A DNA stretch of 63,503 nucleotides, counting the filler, from Chiloscyllium plagiosum (Eukaryota): NCBI RefSeq assembly GCF_004010195.1. It is 3 parts of one record of this genome, joined end to end, with 100 filler letters (N's around TTAATTAATTAA, not from the genome) between each part and the next. Parts side by side here need not be neighbours in the genome. Positions count along the whole stretch, not along the records: positions 1 to 26,078 come from NC_057714.1; positions 26,179 to 43,439 come from NC_057714.1; 1 more part is not named here. One strand, 5' to 3'. Made by a program: the position numbers and the translations under genes. Every line of letters starts with the position of its first letter. Within the stretch, counting starts at the first letter, position 1. The notes below the pieces were generated by a model, which searched no databases, was not told the origin of the DNA, and saw nothing but the letters and a program-made list of their open reading frames with translations. Shown in pieces: positions 25,408 to 37,935 of the stretch.

Positions 25408-26078
25408 GTTCCCAGTGGCAGAGGAGGGAGGTGAGATTGTCTTCCCTACGGCAGTGGAGGGAAATGGAATTGAGTTCCCTGTGGCAGAGGAGGGAGGTGA
25501 GATTGTGTCCCCGACAGCAGTGGAGGGAAATGAATTTGTGTTCCCTGTGGCAGAGGAGGGAGGTGAGATTGTGTTCCCTACGGCGGTGGAGTGAGGTGAG
25601 ATTTTGTTCACTACGGCGAGGAGGGAGGTGAGATTGTCTTCCCTGTGGCAGAAGAGGGAGGTAAGATTGTGTTCTCTATGGCAGAGGAGGGAGGTGAGAT
25701 TGTGTTCCCTATTGCAGAGGAGGGAGGTGAGATTGTGTTCCCTGTGATAGAGGAGGGAGGTGAGATTGTGTTCCCTGTGGCAGAGGAGAGAAGTGAGATT
25801 GTGTTCCCTGTGATAGAGGAGGGAGGTGAGATTGTGTTCCCTACGACAGAGGAGGGAGGTGAGATTGTGTTCCCTACGGCAGAGGAGGGAGGTAAGATTG
25901 TGTTCCCTGTGGTAGAGGAGGGAGGTGAGATTGTGTTCCCTACGACAGAGGAGGGAGGTGAGATTGTGTTCCCTACGGCAGAGGAGGGAGGTGAGATTGT
26001 GTTCCCTGTGGTAGAGGAGGGAGGTGAGATTGTGTTCCCTGTGATAGAGGAGGGAGGTGAGATTGTGTTCCCTACGGC
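25408..26078. repeat. Minisatellite, 33-bp unit (gcagaggagggaggtgagattgtgttccctgtg), ~20 copies to the gap
   Basis: Visible tandem array; 11-aa repeat AEEGGEIVFPV. Confidence 0.97.
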
Positions 26079-26178
26079 NNNNNNNNNNNNNNNNNNNNNN
26101 NNNNNNNNNNNNNNNNNNNNNNTTAATTAATTAANNNNNNNNNNNNNNNNNNNNNNNNNNNNNNNNNNNNNNNNNNNN
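26079..26178. other. Assembly gap with TTAATTAATTAA filler
   Basis: 12-mer centred in a 100-bp N block; the same pattern occurs at 43440-43539. Confidence 0.9.
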
Positions 26179-26530
26179 GAGACAATGGGTCGGCTGGGGC
26201 AGTCAGGTTTGTGGATTTTGGACAGGAGGTAGAAACGGGCGGTGCGGGGTTGTGGGACTGTGAGGTTGGAGGTGGTGGATGGGAGATCCCCTGAGTTGAT
26301 GAGGTTATGGATGGTCTGGGAGATGATGGTTTGGTGGTGGGAGGTGGGGTCATGGTCAAGGGGGCAGTAGGAAGAGGTGTCCGCGAGCTGGCGTTTAGCC
26401 TCAGCGGTGTAAAGGTCGGTGCGCCAAACTACGACTGCACCTCCCTTGTCTGCCGGCTTGATAGTGAGGTTGGGGTTGGAACGGAGGGAGTGGATGGGTG
26501 TGCCCTGCATGCTGCGATCCTCACGCTCCC
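26179..26530 (-). mobile_element. PLE RT N-terminal fragment
   Basis: LTIKPADKGGAVVVW..YTAEAKRQL..ARFYLLSKIHK..RPIV. Confidence 0.9.
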
Positions 26531-26759
26531 TTTCCTTTATTCGTCTTCATCTTCTTCCCAAAATGTTAGAATCAGTATTTAAAAGGATCTAGGGGTTTTG
26601 TTTTACTTTATTTTCCTGATTTTTCTTATAGATGGCTAGTGGGGGGAGGTGTGGGGAGCGGTGGTGGTAAAAGCACCACTTTACTTGGGTTATGGTGCAG
26701 AACCCAGCACAGCAGACCTATCAGATCACCGCCATCTTGGATCCCCTCCATACTGACTC

Positions 26760-28560
26760 TATTTGATCATATTATGTATTTCTAAATGAACTGCTATTAT
26801 ACTCTTTATAATAAACAGAATATTTTCCCAATAGCAGATATTAAGCTAACTCACCTATAATTGCCTTTGTGTCTTCTTTCCTTTTTAAATTAAAGGTGTT
26901 ACATTGGCAGTTTTCCAACCCTTTGAGATCTTTCTAGAATTTAATGATTCTTGGAAGATTACTATCCATGCATCCACTATTTCTTTAGCTACTTCTTTTA
27001 ATAATACATTCCATCAGCTCCAAGGGATTTATAGATCTTTAGCCCAATTTGTTTTCCTAGGACTTTTTCTCAAGTGATAGTTGGTGTCTTTATTTCCTCT
27101 CTTTCTTTTGTACCTTGTTTGTTAAACATTTTTAAAATGATATTAGTATCTTTTCTTGAGAAGACTGACACAAAGTATTAATTCAGCTCCTCTGCTATAC
27201 CCTGGAGTCCCATTTTTACCCCAGCCTCATTCTCCAGGGACCCATGTTAACTTTGACCGCTGTCTTCCTTTTTATGTATTTAAAGAAACTCTTTCAGTCC
27301 ATCTTGATATTACTTGTACGTTTATGCTCCAAGTTTATCTTTTTCTCTGTTATTTTTTGAAAGGACAGGAGAGAAGCATATGAGGTTTTAAAACTTCTGT
27401 TGGGGTTTTAAAACTTTCCCAATCCTCAGGCTTGCAGTTTGATGCTATTCTTCACCCTTTCTGGTTAATCATGGCTGGTAGATTTCCTGTCAAGAATCCT
27501 TCTTCCTCACTGGCATATATCTTTGTTGTGAGCCATGAAGTATTTTCTTAAACACTTGCCATTGTTCCTCAACCATGTTTTCTGCCAAGCTCCTTTCCCA
27601 GATCACACCTCCTTGCTTTGCCCCAATCCATGAAAACAGCCTTATTTAAGCAGATTCCTCTCTACGAAACTGAATTCTACCATATTGTGGTCACTGTTAC
27701 TCAGGGGGATCTCTTACTCTGACCTCACTGATTAAACCTGCCTCATTATACATCACCAGATCCAAAATAGACTGATCCCTTTTAGGCTCCACGACAACTC
27801 TATAACCTCTTCCTTGAGGCAATATTTGCCAATCTGGCTAGCACAATCTACATGAAGATTAAATTGATCCATGATAAATCTCCTGCCTTTGTTACATGCC
27901 CACATTATCTCCCGATTTATTCTGTGTCCAACTGTATAGCTACACTTGGTGGGTCAAGAGATGATTGCTGGAGTGTCTCGTTTCCCATTTTATTTCTTGC
28001 TTCCATCCGTATGGATTCTACATCTTCTGATCCAACATTATTTCTTGCTATCATACTTATTCCATCCTTTACTAACAATACAACCCCACCACCATTTCCT
28101 TCCTTGCTGCTCTTTCGAACCTGAACACTTAGTTCCCAGGTTTGATCTCCTTATCACCATGTCTCTGTAATGGTTATAAGGAAATCAACCCTGGAAACTA
28201 AATATTCAGTGATTTGTGACTTTTCTGACCCATTAACATATATTTATGTTGTTAATTCATTTATTTCTTCTGAATACTATGACATTTAAATTTTTAAACA
28301 TGCTTTTTCCTTAGACTGTATTTACTGCTGTTTATCTGTATTTGTATACTCTGTACTTTCCTGTTGTACTCTGGGTAGCTCTCCATTTTTTCTGTCATTC
28401 CTTCTTGTTGTGAAAGCCTACATCCCCTCTGCACATCTCCCCCCCACCAGAACCCAAAAACAACTCTCTCTCTACAGCTCTAGTTATTTGATTCATCAGG
28501 ACACTAGTTCCAGCATGGTTCAAATGAAGCCTGTCCCACTGCAACAGCATTGCTCCCAAA
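26760..28560 (-). mobile_element. Old degenerate CR1
   Basis: Relics of W..ANVTPLI.K..NYR (26850-26920) and endonuclease/ORF1 region. Confidence 0.7.
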
Positions 28561-28839
28561 GAGAACAAAGAATGACTCTCTCACCTGTTACGTGCTCCTT
28601 CCCTACAATTGTGCGTATGAAGGCAGCGATTGCTTGCTTGAGAGAATGTAACTGGTAAGGATGACTAAAGTCTGGTGAACTGGCCTCTTCATGAGCATGC
28701 AAGCTAGGATGATGTATGCAACAGAGTTTCCTGCACTTGCCATTGACAAACTTGACGTCCCTTTAGAAAGTTATGAGAACTCATGAGGAAATTTTGCTTT
28801 TATCTTCGAAATCTGATTTTTGACCTCTTGCCCAACAAA

Positions 28840-29105
28840 GTTGCTCTACCTGCCTTGGTTCCTTTTGCCAGGAGTAGCATAGGATTGTGCCCAACATATC
28901 AGCTTGGCACTCATTGAGGAGCATGTGTTCAGCTGGATGAGGGGGCATGGCAGTAGCTTTATGGGTAGGTGCACAACTTAGATACACTCATTGACCTTGA
29001 CCAATCATGTGAGGTCATTTCACAGATTAAGGTACTTCTGGTAGGTCTTAAGGCCAGACCCCTTGCATTGACAACTCCGACCACTGTCTACCATTCTCTT
29101 TAGAG
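28840..29105 (-). mobile_element. Harbinger Myb/SANT-like gene relic
   Basis: Minus strand EW*TVVGVVNARGLA...aatgacctcacatgattggtcaag|gtcaat parallels 51490-51595. Confidence 0.5.
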
Positions 29106-31119
29106 AGTGGACCCTGAAAGTTCCTTGCTCAATGTGGAAAGACATCAAGTTGAATTTGAACTCATGTATCTTCCTTGAGAACCTTAGGAAGCTGTTTGGG
29201 TAAACCAGCCATTGTACCCAGCATTTCTTATAATACTTCATTAGTATTCTTCTGTAGACTTCGCCAGTGAAGGACTCATTAGAATCTCTTGTGGCAGAAC
29301 TAGTCCGCAACTTCATCTTTAGTGAGCTGGCATATAAGTTATTGTTTGCCCTGGTCTGGGTGGAAACCAATCATATTTGGAGATACTCCATCTACTGCTT
29401 CTCATTCTACATTAACCCCTAAAGTATGCAAAGTGCTAGTTTCTGAGCTGGTGGGTGTGAATGTCAGATCTAACGAAGGACCATCTTCATTACTGCTGCA
29501 ATGTAACACATGAACGTACTAACTAGGAGCAGGAGAAGGCCATTTAGCCTCTTGAGCATGCTCAGCCATTTAATTATATTGGGCTGATCTGATTGCAACC
29601 TCAAATCCAGTTTGACCTACTCCTAATAGCCTTTCACTTCAATTGCTTACCAAGAATCTGTCCATCTACCTTGAAGGTATTCAAAGACGCAGCTTCCACC
29701 ACCTTTTCAGAAAGTGAGTTCAAAAGCTCACCAGCCTCAGTGAGGAACAGTGTTGCATCAACTCAGTTTTAAATCAGCAACCCCTATAGTTCGGGATCAT
29801 CCCGTAAAATGAATCACCTTCTCCACATCTACTCAGTCAAGTCACCTCTTACTGACCTAAGCTCCAGCAGATACAAGATTAGCTTATCTAACCTCTCTTC
29901 GTAATGCAACCCATTTATTTCAAATACTGGTCTGATAAACCTGCTCTGAAATGTTTCCAATGCATTTATATCCTTCCTTCTATAAGCTGACGAACACTGT
30001 ACACAGTCCTCCAGATGTGATGTCATTAGTGCCCTACATAACAAAGCATAACCTCCCTATGTTTGCCTCCAATTCCCTTTGCAATAAATGATCAAATATG
30101 ATTAGCTTTCTTAATTAGATGCTGTACCTGAATACTAGCATTTTTGTGATTCAAGAAGTAGAACACCAAAATGCCTTTGCATCTTGGAGCTCTGTAATCT
30201 TTCACCATTTAGATAATGTGCTTATTCTTTCTGCCAACATGGACAATTCCACATTCTCTCACATTGTACTCCATTTGTCAGATTTTTTACCCACTCACTT
30301 AACCTATCTATATTTGTCTATTGCCTCTTTATTTCCCCTTCACAGCTTATTTTCCCAATTATCTTGCTGCAGTCAGAAAATGTAGCCACCATATTTTTGG
30401 TACCTTCATCTAAATCATTTACATAAATTGTAAAATTGTGAGATCGCAGCACTAAGCCCGATGAGACACCACTGATTACATCTTGCCAACCCGATAAAGA
30501 GCCACTTATGCCTGCTCTCTGCTTCCTGTTTCCCATGCCAATACACTATCTTGTACACCAGAAACCTTTATTTACCACAAAAACTTCAATCAAATGCCTT
30601 CTGCAAGTGTAAATACAGTATATTCCCTTTATTTGCAACACATTACTTCATCAAAGAACTTGAATAGATTGGTTAAACATGATTTTCCTTGCACAAAACA
30701 ACATTTACTCTGCTTGATCACCTCAGACTTAGCTAAGTATCCTGCTCTCACTTTTTTCATAATAGCTTGTAACAATTTCTCTATGACAGGTGCTAAGCTA
30801 ACTGGACTATAGTTTTCTGCTTTTTGTGTCCTTCCTTTTTTAAATAAAGGAATTACAGTTGCAATCTTTCAATCAAATGGGACTTACTCCAAATCTTGGA
30901 GGTTTTGGAAAATTAAAATCAAACCATCATCTATCTCATTAGCCACTTCATTTAAGACCGTAGGATGGAATGCATCAGGACCCCAGCACTTGTCATCCAA
31001 CAGTTCTAACAATTTATTCTGTGCTATTTCTTTGCGATAGATTTTTTTCCTGAATTCCTCCCTCTCTTCCATTTCCTGATGTGTATTTCCCTCTGAGATG
31101 TTACTTGTACTTCTATAGT

Positions 31120-31412
31120 GAAGTTAAAAATCACACTACACCCGGTTATAGTCCAACAGGTTTATTTGGAAGCATTAGCTTTCAAAGTGCTGCTCCTTCA
31201 TCAGGTGGTTGTGGAATATAAGATTGTAAGATACAGAATTTACAGCAAAAGTTTACAGTCTGATGTAACTGAAATTACACATTGAAAAATACCTTAATTG
31301 TTTGTTAAGTCTCTCATCTGTTAGAATGACCATGTTAGTTTCACTTCTTTCATATGTAAATCTCAAAACTTTTTTAAAAAATTTACATTCTCAAGTGAAC
31401 TTTAACAATTGG
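31120..31412 (-). mobile_element. PLE family B 3' terminal repeat
   Basis: Reverse complement of ~39045-39320. Confidence 0.85.
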
Positions 31413-32039
31413 TAAAGATTGATATAAAGTACATGTTCAATTCATCTGACAGCTTCTTATTTTCCATTGCTAATTATTAAATCTTGATTTCTATATGACC
31501 AATGCTTACATTGATAACTCCTGCTTTTTAAAAATGTTTAAGAACCTCTGTGCCCTGTCTATGTTTTCTCTCATATTGCAATTTCCCTCTTCTTAATTTT
31601 TAATATTTCTTTACTGTTAATTTAAATAAGTTCTCTCCAATCTTCTGACCTGCCACCTGTCCTTGTACAATTACATTTTATTCTTTTAGTTTGTTACTCT
31701 TTCACTTCTACCAGGTATTGTGGCTCTGAGTTTTAGAATTTTTCTTACTTGTTGTAATTCTGTGTATTCTGTAATATCCCCTTTAATGCTGCTGCATCTC
31801 TGATGACCTCTCCTTCAACCTTATTTTCCAATTCATTTTATCTAGCTCTGCTTTTATATCCTAATTTTTGCCTTTATTTAAGTTTAAAATGAAAGTAACC
31901 TTGAATCTACTCCTCTCTCCCTTAAAAGAAATGTCAAATTTAATTATATTAACTCGGTGCTTCCTAGGGGCATCTTCACTATGAGATGATTATTTATTCC
32001 TATTTATTTACACAATACCAGGTCTAGTATAACCTACCA

Positions 32040-32210
32040 CAAAATCAGAAACTGTTGGAGAAACTCAACAGCTCTGACAGCATCGGTGGAGAGAAAGCAG
32101 AGCTAATGTTACAAGTCCAGTAACCCTTCTTCAGAACATTAACCCTGCTTTATCTCCAGAGATGCATCCAGATCTGCTGAGTTTCTTCTGCAATTTCAGT
32201 ATTTGTTTCA
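32040..32210. mobile_element. Miniature palindromic PLE-type element (family D)
   Basis: Imperfect inverted arms around cccttcttcagaac. Confidence 0.6.
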
Positions 32211-32759
32211 CTCCTCTGTTTTATTCTTGTATAACCTGCTGTCTGGTTGACTCCAGTATATACTGTTTTAAGAAACTATCTCTAAAATATTTTATGAACT
32301 ACTAATCTAGCTTCTTTTTGCCTTCTATCTTTTCCAATCTATATGTAGATGAAAATCTGCCATTATTATCACTGAGCCTATCTCAGAAGTACTCGTTGTT
32401 TCTTAAATTAAGAGCAAAATGCTATGGATGCTAGAAATCCTTTTGTTCTTCCTTTGAAACATGTGAGAATGTGTGTTGCAAGTCATTCCCCTGAATTTGA
32501 AAGCAGTAATAAAATCAGCAATAAAAGTAATTTAATCACTAATAAAAGCAGTAATAAATTAGAGTTGTTTTAATTCTAAAGAATTTGTTGTGGGCAATTT
32601 TAAGTTGGACTTCACAAGCGGGGTTTGTGGAAACACAGATTTACCTATTTTTAAAAATGAAAAGAAAAAATAACAAAGTAAATTTAAAATTATCTCTGTA
32701 GTGTACGGGTTACGGAAGAGTAAAAGGAAATCAATTCAAAAACCCCTTTGGTTCATGGC

Positions 32760-33440
32760 CTAGAAAAGCCAGAAGGTCATATTGTTTTTTAAATGGTGAG
32801 GGATGTGATATGTTGATGTCCAAAGGGATCTGCATGTCCTTCTTTGAGAGTTAGGTGTAACACTTAATAAGAAAGGCAACGTGTTTTTTAGCTTCCATCA
32901 CAAGGGGATTTTAGTGCAGGAGGAAACATGCATTGCTGCATTTGTATAGAGCTCCGCTGAGATTGTACCTAGAGTGTTGTGTGCCGTTTTCTTCTCCTTA
33001 CTTAGGGAAACATATCGTTGCCATAGAAGGAGAGTTCCCCAGACAGATCCCTGGGATTTGTCTTTTCATAGAGATTGACAGAATTGGGCATATATTCTTT
33101 AGACTTTTCAGGAATGAGTGGTGGTCTCATTGAAATTTGCCAAGTTCTTACAAGAGTATTACAGGGTCAATTGTAGATAGGTAGGTGACTCAACAATGAG
33201 GAGATATAATCTCTGGATAAGAGGTAGACCATTTCAGACTGAGGTAAAGAGGAATTTCTTGTGTCAAAAGATAGTGAATCTTCAAAATGAGGTATCGTAG
33301 AGGACTATGAAACCTCAATCACCGAGCATACCCAAGTCAAAAATTGGTAAGTTTCTGGAGATTAATGCCACCAAGAAGTTTGGAGATATCACAGGAAGTG
33401 GCATCAAAAGTAGATGACAAGCTGAGTCTGAAATGGATAG
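32760..33440 (+). mobile_element. Old CR1 3' fragment
   Basis: LHLYRAPLRLYLECCVPFSSPYL. Confidence 0.75.
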
Positions 33441-34120
33441 AAACCAGCAGCTGCTGAATGGGTGGCCTCGAAAGTTCAGGCAATAGGCAGCTTCCCATCA
33501 GCACTACAGGAAGGTGTACCAGAATGCAAACTCATGATGACAGTGTTTAGCAAGGTCTTGTGACTGTGTAGAAAGAGACAGGTTCAAGGGAATCCCCAGT
33601 TTTCTATATGGGACCAGAAGTTCAAAACTGCTTCAGGTATCCCCACAGACGAGTGCTTCAGCTTTATCATGGAGACCTTCTTCTCCACTGTTTAGAAACA
33701 CATTTCTGCCGAGTGAATAAACCAGAAGTATCCACGGCATTACAGAACTTAGTAAACAGCGATAACAAACCTGGGCTAGTGCCTCAGAGACACCAAAGCT
33801 ATTACATAAAAAGTATGAACTGTCAGAAACAGAACAGGAATCAGAATCACTCCATATTAACAGTGGGCTCTCTGCTCACTCGATCATCTTCCTCTTATTG
33901 ATTGTGTTTGGGATTAATTTTAGCCACAACTGAATGCAGTAATGCGAGCATGTGATCCAATGTTTCAGATTCTGTTTGCAGATTTTGCAGAGCTCTCAGT
34001 CCTTCTGTATTCATTGTGAGCAGCAAGGCTAATGAGTGCTTCATGGAAAGCTATTCTGAGTTCCAAATGCTTACATCTCTATTCCATTGTTGTAGTGACT
34101 TTATTGGGTTTTTTTAAGTG

Positions 34121-35419
34121 AAGTTGAAACTTTATTGCTGGAACAGCACAGCAGGTCAGGCAGCATCCAGGGAACAGGAGATTCGACGTTTCGGGCACAG
34201 GCCCTTCTTCAGGAAGGAGCAGAGAGTGTTCAGCAGGAGAAGATAAAAGGTAGGGAGGAGGGACTTGGAGGAGGGGCGTTGGAAATGTGATAGGTGGAAA
34301 GAGGTCAAGGTGAGGGTGATAGGTCGGAGTAGGATGGAGGCGGAGAGGACAAGAAGAAGACTGCAGGTCAGGAAGGCGGTGCCAGGCGGGAGGGATCCGG
34401 CTGAGACAAGGGGGGGGTGGCCATCTGTGTTGTACGTATTTTGAAGTGGTCCTCCTGGGAGCAGATGCGGCGGAGACGAAGGAATTGGGAGAATGGGATG
34501 GCGTTTTTACAGGGGGCAGGATGGGAGGAGGTGTAGTCCAGGTAGCTGTGGGGGTCGGTTGGTTTGTAGTAGATGTCCGTGTTGATTCGGTCGTCTGAGA
34601 TAGAAACAGAAAGGTCTAGGAAGGGGAGGGAGGAGTCCGAGACTGTCCAGGTGAATTTGAGGTCGGGGTGGAAGGTGTTAGTGTAGTGGATGAACTGTTC
34701 AACCTCCTCGTGGAAGCACGAGGTAGCGCCCTTACAGTCATCAATGTAGCGAAGAAAAAGATGGGGGGTGGGGCCAGTGTAGTTGCGGAAGCTGGATTGT
34801 TCCACATACCCTACGAAGAGGCAGGCATAGCTGGGGCCCATGCGGGTGCCCATGGCTACTCCTTTTGTTTGGAGAAAGTGGGAGGATTGGGAAGAAAAGT
34901 TGTTCAGGGTGAGGACCAGTTCGGTCAGTCGAAGGAGGGTGTCGGTGGAAGGGTACTGGGTGGTACGGCGGGAAAGGCAGAAGCGGAGTGCTTTGAGTCC
35001 TTCGTGATGGGGGATGGAGGTGTACAGGGACTGGATGTCCATGGTGAAGATGAGGCGTTGGGGACCGGGGAAGCGGAAATCCTGGAGGAGGTGGAGGGCG
35101 TGGGTGGTGTCACGAACGTAGGTGGGGAGTTCTTGGACTAATGGGGACAGGACCGTGTCGAGGTATGCCGAGATGAGTTCGGTTGGGCAGGAGCAGGCTG
35201 AGACGATGGGTCGTCCAGGGCAGTCAGGTTTGTGGATTTTGGGCAGGAGGTAGAAATGGGCGGTGCGGGGTTGTGGGACTATGAGGTTGGAGGCGGTGGA
35301 TGGGAGGTCGAATCTAACGTCGAATCTCCTGTTCCCTGGATGCTGCCTGACCTGCTGTGCTGTTCCAGCAATAAAGTTTCAACTTTGATCTCCAGCATCT
35401 GCAGACCTCACTTTCTCCT
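34121..35419 (-). mobile_element. Young Penelope-like element family A: RT fragment, endonuclease deleted, 70-bp perfect inverted termini
   Basis: MDIQSLYTSIPH, QTKGVAMGTRMGPSYACLFVG, FLRYIDD, LPFLDL, YYKPTD. 34121-34190 is the exact reverse complement of 35316-35385. Confidence 0.95.
34182..34215 (-). ncRNA. Minimal hammerhead ribozyme motif
   Basis: Minus strand ttc-CTGAAGA-a-gggc(ctgt)gccc-GAAAC-GTC-gaa; stem I ttc/gaa, stem II gggc/gccc. Confidence 0.75.
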
Positions 35420-35699
35420 TTGTATGTGAAGCCAGGTTCTGAACCTAATGGACTTCCTGAGTTGCCTTCCATTGCAGTTACTCAATACATTACAGGATTG
35501 GTCAGGAGCAGGATTGACAATTCACCATTTTGCGTTTCACGTTCCAGCCACAACCTTCAATTGTTCCCAGCCATTTAGGTTTACCATCTGTGTCCATACG
35601 ACCAGGATGTAACATGCAGCTTTTTTTTTCTCTCTGGCAACTTGCAAACCTCACCTTAAGCTACTTCAAGTGATTTTGTCTTTTGTTTCCCCTTTCCAG

Positions 35700-35802
35700 T
35701 GCGTTTCACCTAAAGGCCGAGGATTCATGCTGGGAGCGTATGACTGTTCTTGTAAATCTGGATTCTATCGTCCCAGCAGTGTCTCACTGAAAAGCTTTGA
35801 TG
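35700..35802 (+). CDS. GPR158: Internal coding exon (probably exon 3) of G protein-coupled receptor 158 (class C GPCR), EGF-like region
   Basis: Acceptor ttttgtcttttgtttcccctttccag|, donor G|gtaagt, 103 bp, phase 0 to 1, stop-free: CVSPKGRGFMLGAYDCSCKSGFYRPSSVSLKSFD. Aligns without gaps to the recalled human GPR158 peptide CMPIKGLGFVLGAYECICKAGFYHP. A paralogue (GPR179 or GPR158-like) is not fully excluded. Confidence 0.85.
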
Positions 35803-36604
35803 GTAAGTGCCTCCTGCCTGGCAAAAAATGGGCCTGATTAATAATGCAGCATCTTTTTTTTAATCTTGTCAGGGGCATGCACTTAATTCCTGAAGGGCTT
35901 AGATGCTGGATTTACATCATCAATTAAAACCAATATCCTTTGCACCCTGTAATCTGTAATTCACCCAAAGGTCAGGTTAAAATGCCGTCAAGATGTTTGA
36001 TTTAAAACAAATTGGAATAAACTCTTACATCATGCTAATGTGCAACCTCGTACTGTAAACAATGCTGCTATTAGATCACAGTCAGGTTATTTGTATATTT
36101 AGAGGTGATAGTATTCTAGCACTACTTGGAGTGATTAAAATGTTGCTTCCAATAAATTCTGAGCTGAAGGCTGCAGGAAAATGTCTAACCATTATTGTTT
36201 ACCCTGAGATACCCATACATGACCCATACATATGTCCAAAATAATTTAAAAAGCTATTGGATTCAAACCATATCACTGTGTTCATAAGAGATACAAATAG
36301 AAGCTCCTTTGACACACTTAGAGGTGATAAATGTTTCTCAGCCAAGACAGTATGGAAGGATTACAAAACAAATGCAGAAGACATACAAGATCAGCTTAGT
36401 AACATGTACGATCACATTTTTACTGCTTCTCAACCTTTTTACCTCATCCTCCTCTGTGTAAAATCAGGAAATATTGTAATTTCTTACACTAAGTAAGAGC
36501 TAAACAACCCTCCACCCGACAAATAAGCATTCTTCCTTCTCTCCTTCCCCCAGGTTTGTTGGGATTGAGGTATTGGTGTTTGATAGGCAACTTTTAAAAA
36601 ATTC

Positions 36605-36920
36605 ATTCACAGAATGAGTGTGTCGCTGGCTAGGCCAGGATTTATTGCCCACTCCCAATTGCTCAGAGGGCAGTTAAGAGTCAACCACATTGCTGTGGGT
36701 CTGGAATCATGTGCAGGCCAGACCAGGTAAGGATGGCAGTATCCCTTCTGAAAGGATGTTAGTGATCCAGATGGGTTTTTCTTGACAATTAGCAATGGAC
36801 TCATGGTCTTCATTAGACTCTTAATTACAGATATTTATTGAATTCAAATTCCTCCATCTGCCATGACTAGGATCTCTGGGTTAAAAGTCCAGTGATAGTA
36901 CTACTAGGCCGTTGCCTCCC
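36605..36920 (-). mobile_element. Second SINE family (SacSINE1/DeuSINE-like)
   Basis: Reverse complement homologue of 60262-60570; LINE-type 3' tail. Family name is tentative. Confidence 0.7.
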
Positions 36921-37402
36921 CTATTGCAGGAAGGCAAGCTGGAGAGGCAAGCCACAGTAACTTTGCTGCTTCCACCACAATACGTGCAGAAAAACCTGTT
37001 GTGCTGGCCACTTGTCATGAGGTTTTCTTTCAGCTGCTGAAAGCCTAGCGCCAGTTGGATGAGGCCTTTTCCTGAAAGGCTCAATTGGTCGACTCAACTC
37101 CACCCCTTCTTCTAGTATAATTGCAGTAGGGACAGGAGGTGGGCAGGCAGAGCGTAGGTCACCCACTAGATTAAACTCCCTCCGATTTTCACACCAGTGA
37201 GTGGGGAATGTAAAATCCAACCCAATGGAAAGTTTCAAGCATTGGAATTAAAAATCACACAACACCAGGTTATAGTCCAACAGGTTTATTTGGAAGCACT
37301 CGCTTTTAGAGCACTGGTCCTTCATCAGCTGGTTGTGAAGGATAAGTTCGTAAGAGACAGAATTTATCACAAAAGTTTAGTGTGATGCAACTGAAATTAT
37401 AT

Positions 37403-37935
37403 TAGCGAGTTTTGAGAAGATTTGTAGCTCAGGTTGAGGTACTGGATGTATGCTTACTCGCTGAGCTGGAAGGTTCAGTTTCAGATGTTTCATCACCATA
37501 CTACGTAACATCATCAGTGAGCCTCCAGATGAAGCACCGGTCGCATGGCCCACTTTTTATTTATGTGTTTAGGTTTCCTTGGGTTGTAGAAGTTGTTTCC
37601 CATGGTGATGTCATTTCCTGTTCTTTTTCTTAGGGGATGGTAAATGGGATCCAAGTCAATGTCTTTGTTGATTGGATTCCAGTTGGAGTGCCATGCTTCT
37701 AGGAATTCTCGCATGTGTCTCTGTTTGGCTTGTCCTAGAATGAATGTGTCAAAGTAGTGTCCTTCCTCATCCATATGTAAGGATACTAGTGAGAGTGGGT
37801 CGTGTCGTTTTGTGGTTAGTTGATGTCCATGTGTTCTGGTGGCTAGGTTTCTGCCTGTTTGTCCAATGTAGTGTTTGTTACAGTCCTTGCACGGTATTTT
37901 GTAAATGACATTAGTTTTGCTTGTTGCACGTCGGC
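37403..37935 (-). mobile_element. PLE family C 3' fragment nested in the family B element
   Basis: KTNVIYKIPCKDCNKHYIGQTGRNLATRTHGH (GIY-YIG), REFLEAWHS. Hammerhead-like ctgatga-tgttac..gtgat-gaaacatc at ~37480-37520. Confidence 0.9.

Larger units (their letters stand above)
29515..32350 (-). mobile_element. Old long CR1 copy with PLE insertions
   Basis: GPDAFHPTVLNEVA, NRKQRAGISGSLSGWQDVISGV, IYVNDLD, HLEDCVQ. Confidence 0.85.

Noticed and set aside
26123..26134. TTAATTAATTAA palindrome as a regulatory site (also 43484-43495)
   Set aside because: Sits centred in identical 100-bp N blocks; scaffolding filler.
33450..33900. 97-aa ORF / possible Harbinger transposase relic
   Set aside because: No recognisable motif or splice support.
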